In this document: positions 50,465 to 58,092 of the stretch, piece by piece | Numbering within the stretch: the stretch's first letter is position 1 | Layout of the letters: the number at the start of each line of letters is the position of its first letter | Assembly (NCBI GenBank): GCA_963713855.1 | Contig: OY970209.1 | Span: 256,001 to 320,000 of the forward strand | Source: an uncultured bacterium | Lineage (GTDB): Bacteria > Babelota > Babeliae > Babelales > Babelaceae | Length of the DNA stretch: 64,000 bases | Reading direction: 5' to 3' | Notes under the pieces: model-generated | What the model saw: only the letters and a program-made list of their open reading frames with translations | Databases searched by the model: none | What the model was told of the DNA's origin: nothing | Made by a program: the position numbers and the translations under genes

Positions 50465-51586
50465 ATGAAAAGAGTACAAAAAGAGAGAATTCTTAAAGAT
50501 CTAGGAAAAAAAATGGTCCTTCTGGTCGGACCGCGGCAGGCGGGAAAGACATGGCTTGCTAAAGAAATTGCGAGTGAGTTTCGCAATAGTGTCTATCTTA
50601 ATTATGATCAAGTACTAGATCGCAAAATAATGCTTGCGCAAACTTGGCTTCCAACCACGGAGATTCTTGTTTTAGATGAACTTCATAAGATGGATGATTG
50701 GAAGAACTATCTTAAGGGGATCTATGATACCAAAGAGCCGTCTATGAAAATCTTAGTAACTGGAAGCGCCCGACTAGAGATATACGATCAGTTGGGTGAT
50801 TCATTAGCCGGCAGATACTTTCGGCAACGGTTGTTACCCCTTTCTTTAGCTGAGCTTTCTCAAGTCGGTATGAGTCCAGATATTGATAGGTTAATTGAAC
50901 GGGGTGGCTTTCCAGAGCCTTATCTAGATGAAAGTACTATTGAAGCAAATAGGTGGCGATTACTATATGTTAATAGCATGTTAAGTACTGATATCTTTGA
51001 GTTTGATAAAATCTATAACGTCAAAGCAATGCAGCTTTTGTTTAATTTGCTAAGAAATCGTGTAGGTTCTCCCGCCTCATATCAATCTCTAGCTGAAGAT
51101 TTAGCTGTTTCACCTACAACTGTTAAAAAATATATTGAGATTTTAGAGGCCTTATATATTGTTTTTAGAGTTACACCGTATTCCCGAAATATAGCAAGAA
51201 GTCTATTAAAAGAGCCAAAGCTGTATTTTTTTGATACAGGGCTTGTTCAGGGGGATGAAGGAGCAAAATTTGAAAATCTTGTTGCCATAAGCCTCCTTAA
51301 GGATATCTATGCAAGAACAGATTACTTTGGCGAAGAAAGAACCTTGCATTATCTAAGAACAAAAGACGGCATTGAAGTTAATTTTGCTATAGCGCATGGT
51401 GAAAATATCGAAAAGATCATAGAGTCGAAATTATCAAATCACACAGTAAATAAATCGCTGCTATACTTTCACAACAAATACAAATACCCCGCAATTCAGT
51501 TGGTTAAATACCTGCGGCATGAAATTCAACAAAATGAGATCCAGGTTTTAAAAGCTGAGAAATTTTTATCAGAATTGTTTTTATAG
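50465..51586 (+). CDS. AAA_14 ATPase with DUF4143 domain (copy 1)
   Basis: GPRQAGKT, VLDELH, VTGSA, GGFPE, HTH-like SYQSLAEDLAVSPTTVKKYIE, KLYFFDTG, FENLV. Confidence 0.9.
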   Translation: MKRVQKERILKDLGKKMVLLVGPRQAGKTWLAKEIASEFRNSVYLNYDQVLDRKIMLAQTWLPTTEILVLDELHKMDDWKNYLKGIYDTKEPSMKILVTGSARLEIYDQLGDSLAGRYFRQRLLPLSLAELSQVGMSPDIDRLIERGGFPEPYLDESTIEANRWRLLYVNSMLSTDIFEFDKIYNVKAMQLLFNLLRNRVGSPASYQSLAEDLAVSPTTVKKYIEILEALYIVFRVTPYSRNIARSLLKEPKLYFFDTGLVQGDEGAKFENLVAISLLKDIYARTDYFGEERTLHYLRTKDGIEVNFAIAHGENIEKIIESKLSNHTVNKSLLYFHNKYKYPAIQLVKYLRHEIQQNEIQVLKAEKFLSELFL

Positions 51587-51640
51587 GAAACGCTAATTGC
51601 GCATAGCGAGAGAATCAGTACTTAAAAAAATAGTTTACGC

Positions 51641-51952
51641 TTAAATTTTTTGCGGATTATCCCAAATTCTCCATGCCTCGTAAGGTACACGAAGTCGACC
51701 TACTTCAATTATCTCGGCGCTTTTGGGCAACATTAGTGGCTCATATACTTTGGTAAAAAAAGTAAATCCTTTATAAGTAGTCAAATAGCGGTAATGTTTT
51801 CTTATAAAACCACCCTTCGCCGTAAGCACCATAGGAGCTTCATTTTTCTCCAAAAGAGAGAGAAACGCTTGCGGCTTTAGCTGGACGACGATACTCATTG
51901 AGTAAATTGCTTGTAACAAAGCAAAATGAGCAGCATGACTTCCTGACATCAT
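51641..51952 (-). CDS. Hypothetical protein
   Basis: AAAGGAG RBS; globular-looking sequence with the motif GGF...YRYLTTYKGFTFFT. Confidence 0.65.
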   Translation of the reverse strand: MMSGSHAAHFALLQAIYSMSIVVQLKPQAFLSLLEKNEAPMVLTAKGGFIRKHYRYLTTYKGFTFFTKVYEPLMLPKSAEIIEVGRLRVPYEAWRIWDNPQKI

Positions 51953-52095
51953 TTTCTCCTTTACGTTTTGCTTGAGACATATTCAAGCTAGATTCTAAAG
52001 CTTTAAGCACTTTTTTGTCCATATGTTTACGGGTTCACGAAAAGTTTGCATTAGCCCTCAGCCAAAACTGAGGGCGTAGCTAAAGTCGTGATGAA

Positions 52096-52947
52096 TTACT
52101 CACTAAATACTTCATTGATCAAAGCAACGACCCATGAACCAAACCATGAATCTTTATATTGTGCGCGTAGCTCTTTAACATACATTACTGTTGCATAATC
52201 TGCAGGATGTGAGCCTTGCTCACTTTGAGAATGTTTCTTCGTTTGCTCAAGAGCTTTTCTGAGCATGGCTTTGAGCACTGTTCGCTCTTCTGGTTCCCCC
52301 CAGCGTAAGCTACTCTCATTTTTTTCATATTCTCGACAAGCGTTTATAAGAAAAAAGATAAGTGAAGCATCGGGCAGCAGTCCATCAGCATTTGTTACAC
52401 CGCCAATCGTAAAAAACCCCGGAGACACAAGCCTAATTTCCATTTCATAAAGCAAATGATCCAAAGCAACTTGAGCATCGTAGACTGTGACTTCTCGATC
52501 GCCTGAAAAAAATCTTACTAAGGTCTCTATTTCGCTATAAGCATTTTGTCTAACGCTGTTTTCATCAGGAGCACCCATTGGACCTTGAGGGAGTTGGCTT
52601 TCTAAATATGAAGGCGGATTTTCTTGCCATGCCTGATGCGTAACCGTCATTTGTTGCCATTGAGGTTGCGGCTGATTCCACTGGTTACCATAGCCAGCAT
52701 TTTCCGGGTACATAGCTGGTTGAGGCGGATAATACCCTGGCCATTGCGTTGAATGAGTTTGGGTTTGATGGAAATACGTTTGCTGTGCCTGCTGATAATT
52801 TCCCTGTACGTAGTTATGCAAAGCTTGATCAGGATGTGTTGGCGCACCATGATAATACGGATCCCCCATACCTAGCGTGTTGAAAGTTTGACCACAGACA
52901 ATAAGAACTAAAAATCCGATGAGAAAGCGATGCGCTTTTAAAAGCAT
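52096..52947 (-). CDS. Exported protein with a Gln/Tyr/Pro/Gly-rich low-complexity N-terminal region
   Basis: Signal peptide, about 100 aa rich in Q/Y/P/G/N, helical C-terminal domain; GCCCTCAG...CTGAGGGC hairpin downstream. Confidence 0.75.
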   Translation of the reverse strand: MLLKAHRFLIGFLVLIVCGQTFNTLGMGDPYYHGAPTHPDQALHNYVQGNYQQAQQTYFHQTQTHSTQWPGYYPPQPAMYPENAGYGNQWNQPQPQWQQMTVTHQAWQENPPSYLESQLPQGPMGAPDENSVRQNAYSEIETLVRFFSGDREVTVYDAQVALDHLLYEMEIRLVSPGFFTIGGVTNADGLLPDASLIFFLINACREYEKNESSLRWGEPEERTVLKAMLRKALEQTKKHSQSEQGSHPADYATVMYVKELRAQYKDSWFGSWVVALINEVFSE

Positions 52948-53167
52948 ATGATGTCCCTTTATTTAATTAAATACCATGTATCAAGCGTAAACGATTTTTT
53001 TCACATTGTCACGATAACCGCAAAGCAAAAAATAGTACGTGCTGCCTCTAGATTGGTATTTCGATAAAAAATGACCAATTTCGTCTTACGGAAAGTATTT
53101 GAGTATTTACTTATTTACGTACTTCTAATAGATTATTAATTACTTCACCCCTGATGAAGGATTAAGT

Positions 53168-53432
53168 ATGAGTGAAAAAGCAGGTACAACTCGAGTATCT
53201 CTGGATATTCCCGTCGACTATCATAAGCAACTCAAGGCTGTAGCCGCTTTGCGTGGCAAGACTCTACGACAAATTATTCTTGCATCTCGATCAATGCATT
53301 TCTAAGCAGATCGCCGATTTATCAGCCAAAAGAACTGACAAAGCTCATGAAATTCCAGAACACGAACTTTGGGTTTACGAGCCTGCCAACAAAAACCTTG
53401 TGGGCCATATAAAAAAGGGGCCACATATATAG
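53168..53432 (+). pseudogene. Frameshifted ribbon-helix-helix antitoxin/CopG-like gene (absent from the ORF track)
   Basis: 53168-53305 gives MSEKAGTTRVSLDIPVDYHKQLKAVAALRGKTLRQIILAS...; the +1 frame from about 53289 continues DQCISKQIAD...EIPEHELWVYEPANKNLVGHIKKG to a stop at 53432; GAAGGA RBS. Confidence 0.6.
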
Positions 53433-53513
53433 AGGCTCGTTTTGCAAGCCTGAGAAGTAACGATGTTAATAAGAAAAATAAAATTTATTTCACAGGGCCA
53501 GACTACAGTTTTC

Positions 53514-54845
53514 TTATAGCTTTAATAGCTCAATTTTTTTATCAGAGCTAAGACAAAAAAACTTGTACGCGGGCACAACTACTATGGTTTTGTCGTCCTC
53601 AGTAAGTCGTTCTTCGTGGTTCTGAGTGATAATAATGCCAGAGCTCAGTTTTAACTCATGAAGCCCTCGAATAAGAGCTCTTTTTTCTCTTTCAAAAGTC
53701 ATGTGACTTTCTAGATTCCAGGCAACTTGTATGAGCGCCAATTTCAGATTTTTTTTGGCTACGAAATCAATTTCTAGGTTGTTTTCAGTCTTATAATAGT
53801 ACATCTCAAAACCGATTCTTCTCAGCTCTAAAAAAACAAGATTTTCCAGAAGTCTGCCCTTGTTTTCTGTAAAATGAAAGGCTATACCATTTATTTGTCC
53901 GGTATCGATCGAAAAAATCTTTTTAGGATTTTTTATCTGCTTTTTTAAAGAGTAATCAAACACTTCGAGCTCGAAGAGAAGATATGATTCTACAAACGCA
54001 CCGATATATTCTTTTATAGCCTTATCTGACAAATCAAATAGAATGGATAGATTTGAATAGGAAAATGGCTTGCCAACATGAGAAATAAGATAGACGAACA
54101 GTCTTTCAAGCTCTAAAGGTTTTCGAGCTTGAAGCCGAGGTGCCACATCTTGATAAAGGATTGTTTTAGCATATGAGTTTAGAATGTCATACGCTACTGT
54201 GGGTAGAAGGTTTAAAGCGACTTCGGGAAATCCGCCATACTCAAGCATTTGATCTAAGAGTTTATTCAGCTTGTTACGATTTTTAGATAGATGCACGGGG
54301 TCTTTTACATCTATTTTGTTAGCTAAGACAAGCTCTGTAAATGAAAGCGGAAAGATTTCCAGTGACAGCGTTCGTCCAGATAGTAGGGTCATAAGCTCTA
54401 CTGAAAGAAGTGAAGAATTGGATCCTGTCAGAAAAAATTGTACTTTTTTTTGCTCATAATGGGACTTTACAAAAATAGGCCATTCATGAAAAAATTGAAC
54501 TTCGTCAAGGAAAATATAAACCTTGCCTTCGGGACTAGCAAGGCGCAGATATTCTTCATAGATTCTTTGTAAATTTCCGATTTCCGTCGCGAAGAATGCA
54601 AAATAAGGATGTTCGAGATTTAAGAAAAGAATATTCTTGGGAGGCACATTTTTATTGAGCATAAGATGATTGATCATCTGCTTTAAAAGAGTGCTTTTCC
54701 CTGCTCTTCGCACCCCCATGAGCGAAATAATCATTCCTGTGGCAAGATACTCGAGAAGCTTAGTCAAATATGATCTTTCGATCCCATGCTCGTAGGGCTC
54801 GCCACTCCAATGGGGATTTTGCTCGATAATAACATCTTGAAACAT
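53514..54845 (-). CDS. AAA_14 ATPase with DUF4143 domain (copy 2)
   Basis: QNPHW, GVRRAGKS, FLDEVQ, LTGSNS, GGFPE, KIFSIDTG, LLENLVF.EL, EIDFV...IQV. Confidence 0.9.
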   Translation of the reverse strand: MFQDVIIEQNPHWSGEPYEHGIERSYLTKLLEYLATGMIISLMGVRRAGKSTLLKQMINHLMLNKNVPPKNILFLNLEHPYFAFFATEIGNLQRIYEEYLRLASPEGKVYIFLDEVQFFHEWPIFVKSHYEQKKVQFFLTGSNSSLLSVELMTLLSGRTLSLEIFPLSFTELVLANKIDVKDPVHLSKNRNKLNKLLDQMLEYGGFPEVALNLLPTVAYDILNSYAKTILYQDVAPRLQARKPLELERLFVYLISHVGKPFSYSNLSILFDLSDKAIKEYIGAFVESYLLFELEVFDYSLKKQIKNPKKIFSIDTGQINGIAFHFTENKGRLLENLVFLELRRIGFEMYYYKTENNLEIDFVAKKNLKLALIQVAWNLESHMTFEREKRALIRGLHELKLSSGIIITQNHEERLTEDDKTIVVVPAYKFFCLSSDKKIELLKL

Positions 54846-54855
54846 ACTAAATCCT

Positions 54856-55009
54856 CGGAATATATTCCGGATAAAGCTTATTTATTCCGGAGTATATTCC
54901 GGAAGTTGGTAAAAAGTCAATACTGAATACAGGTACAAGGTACACATCATATCAGATGTCTTTCGGAGTGTATTCCGGACTATTTGTCATAGATTCGGAT
55001 TATATTCCG
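54856..55009. promoter_or_regulatory. Four-copy palindromic operator-like array (CGGANTRTATTCCG) over the promoter of the AAA/DUF4143 gene
   Basis: Copies start at 54856, 54888, 54964 and 54996. A minus-strand TTGACT-N18-TATACT promoter (54920-54891) overlaps copy 2. Confidence 0.75.
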
Positions 55010-55068
55010 AACTTTAAGAAATCTCGTTGACTTAAATTACTTGTTTTACGTAAGAGAAAGCATCGGTC

Positions 55069-56310
55069 TCAGGCGATTTCCTTTTTCTTTTCTCCTGCCG
55101 TAGTGATATTAGCATCCAAAGACCTAAGCCAATTTTTATCCATTTTTTTATATGAGCTGACCGTTGGCAGCTTCGCATTTTCCCTTAAAAAATTATAGGC
55201 AAACAATGCCTGGCGCTCAAAAAAATCGTTACATTTGTCACTCACATCAGCTTTCAACCCTCTTAGGGCATCTATAAGATGCTCAAAGGCTTCAGGAATT
55301 TGGTCTTCAGGTTTTAACAGAGCTGCTTTTTCCTTCCAAAAGAGGTACCCATCTTTTTCAATGTCAAGACCATGGATCTCTAAAAGTTCGATAAGCTCTT
55401 TTAAATCGCAGCTTTGAGATAATAATGATAACGGGTCTTTCAAAGTAGCTATAACCCCTCTTAGCGCAATGTGCGGCAGCTTTTGCCTAAGAAGATATCT
55501 TACCGGATAAATGCTTAGCTCATCCTTAAGCGCTTCATTATAGTTCCACGAAAATGGATAATAAAGCAGCGAATAAAGGCTAAAAGAAGTAAATAGAGCT
55601 CCAAGAAGAGGCATGGATTGACAAAAAGCTATTTCGTTTTTAAATGCCCAAACTGCAAGAAAGAGAAATGGGATAAGCGAATAATAAATAACGTGCGTTG
55701 CTACAAAATTCCTTGGCAGTTGATCCTTCGTTAAAATTGTTGCAACTTTGTAAAGCTCAAATAAAAGAGCTTCCCTGCTTTCATCATCAAACCCGGTTAT
55801 CCTGGGCATTATGACGCGAAAATCAGAAAAAATGCCTTCAGTTTTAACTGTATTTTTATCTGACTCAAGGACGGTGACCGGATCATGAAACTGAAGTCGT
55901 TTTAGAATTGTTTTAACGAGTTCCTTACTGAAATGTGCGGCTATGACCTCTTTAGAAGAAATCATTTGCGTATTCCCATTTTCAATAAAATCTTTACGTT
56001 TTTCAAAAAAGCCCCCCAACGTATCAACTAGCCTCTTTGACTCTTCAAGCAGATTTTCAGGCGCACCTTTTACGTGAAAAAGGTTAATTGCTTTACGCTT
56101 GAGCTTATGAAATAAAAATTCAAAGGCTTCGCGATCATTGATAAACGCATCTGCTGGCATCTTATTAACAAGATATTCCTTAATGCGCTTAACTGCTTTT
56201 TCAAGCTTTTCTATCTGATCGCGCTTTTTCGATTTATGTAAATGAACTTCCGATTGAGCACTTGTAAAAAACATGCTCAAAAATAGAATACATAGTACTA
56301 TATGCTGCAT
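55069..56310 (-). CDS. Exported/membrane hypothetical protein
   Basis: Start reassigned to ATG 56310 (MQHIVLCILFLSMFFTSAQS), which removes the overlap with the upstream gene; two internal TMs. Confidence 0.7.
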   Translation of the reverse strand: MQHIVLCILFLSMFFTSAQSEVHLHKSKKRDQIEKLEKAVKRIKEYLVNKMPADAFINDREAFEFLFHKLKRKAINLFHVKGAPENLLEESKRLVDTLGGFFEKRKDFIENGNTQMISSKEVIAAHFSKELVKTILKRLQFHDPVTVLESDKNTVKTEGIFSDFRVIMPRITGFDDESREALLFELYKVATILTKDQLPRNFVATHVIYYSLIPFLFLAVWAFKNEIAFCQSMPLLGALFTSFSLYSLLYYPFSWNYNEALKDELSIYPVRYLLRQKLPHIALRGVIATLKDPLSLLSQSCDLKELIELLEIHGLDIEKDGYLFWKEKAALLKPEDQIPEAFEHLIDALRGLKADVSDKCNDFFERQALFAYNFLRENAKLPTVSSYKKMDKNWLRSLDANITTAGEKKKEIA

Positions 56311-56365
56311 GTCGACCCCACTAAATAATAAAAAGCCCGCAGGTGATTCCCCCGGGCTGATAGGT

Positions 56366-57400
56366 TTAATCTTTCTTAGGCTTTGGATCGTAAATCTTAT
56401 CACGGTAATCTTGTGATGTGACTCTCTTACCAACCTCATCATGGATCTCCATGTCAAGCCGCGTTCCGCGCCAATTGCGCAAATTGCTAAACACATCGCT
56501 GATAACGTAAGCAGAATCCTCACCAAACTGATAAGTAGCTTTGCACGCGCGACAGCCTTCAAGAAGACCCGTCGCTTCACCTAGCTCAAATAGAATACGA
56601 CTACTAGAAGCGGCGATAATGATGCCCACATCAAAAACAGTAGTCACGAAGGCAAAGTTTTTCAAAAGTCTTTGAAAAAACGTTTTTTCAGCCCATGATT
56701 TTGTAATGGCGCCAGCAAGCGGAACGCTCATAAGGTTAAAGCTCACATAACCAATGAGTACGCCCGCAAAAAACATTCCCCCTGCTAGTGCTTGTTGCTG
56801 AATATCTTCCGTGACAGGAGCTAAGGCCATCAAAGCTGCATTAAAAGATCCAAGAGTAATCCATACCCAATACAAATCCATGCCACACAAGTGAATAAGC
56901 CTTAAAAGTTTAGCTAAAGGAACACCTTCGACCTCAAATGGAAGCTTTGCCCCAGTTATTTTTGCTCTTGCTTGTTCATAAGCAAAAAGTCCAAGAGTCC
57001 ACAAGAAAATGGCCAGATTAAGCGATGCTAAATTAGGTGTCAGATCAATAACAAGATTTTTAGCTCCTTCAAAAAGTGCTTTGAGAATCACAGCTATTTT
57101 CTGCTCTTCTTCCGACCCCATTACTTTCGCAGCATTATCAATAGCTGCATGTGCATTTTCAGTTATTTCTTCACTCAAAGCATAAAGTGAGTCTTTAACT
57201 TCTTGAGGAATAGCTTGAGTGGTTATATTCTGGGCAATAGATCCTACGTGGTGAGCGCCCCAACGGCTTGCAAAACCAAAACCGCATAAGAAAGCTTGTT
57301 CGAGCGCAGAAGCTTGAGCATTCAGTATAGAGGAACTTTGTAGACCACATACAAAAAATCCTAGAAATATCACTCGAACTAAAAAGGACCTGAAAAACAT
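56366..57400 (-). CDS. Multi-pass membrane hypothetical protein with signal peptide
   Basis: Signal peptide plus about four hydrophobic helices; AAGGTG RBS. Confidence 0.7.
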   Translation of the reverse strand: MFFRSFLVRVIFLGFFVCGLQSSSILNAQASALEQAFLCGFGFASRWGAHHVGSIAQNITTQAIPQEVKDSLYALSEEITENAHAAIDNAAKVMGSEEEQKIAVILKALFEGAKNLVIDLTPNLASLNLAIFLWTLGLFAYEQARAKITGAKLPFEVEGVPLAKLLRLIHLCGMDLYWVWITLGSFNAALMALAPVTEDIQQQALAGGMFFAGVLIGYVSFNLMSVPLAGAITKSWAEKTFFQRLLKNFAFVTTVFDVGIIIAASSSRILFELGEATGLLEGCRACKATYQFGEDSAYVISDVFSNLRNWRGTRLDMEIHDEVGKRVTSQDYRDKIYDPKPKKD

Positions 57401-57532
57401 TGTTCACCTTCTTAAAAACAGCTTGTCATATTACCCGTGAGGCTCATAACTACGATGCAGCTAAATGAAAACCTTTATAGCTGTAGTCTAACAGATAAAG
57501 CCGCTCTGTAAAGGCTTTTTATCAGCGTTAAT

Positions 57533-57925
57533 TCACACTTTTTCTGGAATGAGCTCAACGGTATCTTCGTCATGCCTTCTGGTAAAAGTTATAAACCGTG
57601 GTCGGTCAAGCATAAAAAGATCCCAGGCATCGATAAGATCGTCAAGATTGTCTGAATCCACGTCGATGATAAGGGGATTGTCCTCATCCAACGCTTCATC
57701 ATTTTTATAGAAGAGAATTCGAACTATATTTGCACCTTTTTTTGTAAAGTAAAAACGAGGCACTTTGGCGTTATTACGAGCTATGCTTTCAATGAGGCTT
57801 CGAGCAACTTTAAGCGCTTTAGGATCAAGAAATAGCTCGGCTAAAACATAGAGCTCTTCATCGGTAATGTGGTCAATCAAATAAGCGCGAGAAGCTGTAT
57901 CTTGTACAAGCCTTACAAGTCCCAT
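57533..57925 (-). CDS. Hypothetical protein
   Basis: GAGGT RBS; 130-aa acidic globular ORF. Confidence 0.65.
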   Translation of the reverse strand: MGLVRLVQDTASRAYLIDHITDEELYVLAELFLDPKALKVARSLIESIARNNAKVPRFYFTKKGANIVRILFYKNDEALDEDNPLIIDVDSDNLDDLIDAWDLFMLDRPRFITFTRRHDEDTVELIPEKV

Positions 57926-58092
57926 TGTCTACCTCATAACGTAAAAAAAGATCACCTGCTTTGACAAGCATTGCATAAGCACAAGCATCGAGGCAAGGGA
58001 CAGGAAAAATAAGCGGTACTATCATAAAATTGGCTTGACTGGCTAAAATGGGAAAATATACTCAGTACTATACATAAACCACCGGAGAGTTC

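Noticed and set aside
53369..53551. 60-aa track ORF as the toxin partner of the RHH gene
   Set aside because: TTG start without an RBS, no toxin motif, and it overlaps both neighbours.
54856..55009. Repeat array considered as a mini-CRISPR
   Set aside because: Repeats are only 14 bp, gaps are 18/62/18 bp, and there are no cas genes; an operator array fits better.
56311..56580. N-terminal extension of the 503-aa track ORF overlapping the upstream gene
   Set aside because: ATG 56310 gives a clean signal peptide and removes a 215-bp overlap.
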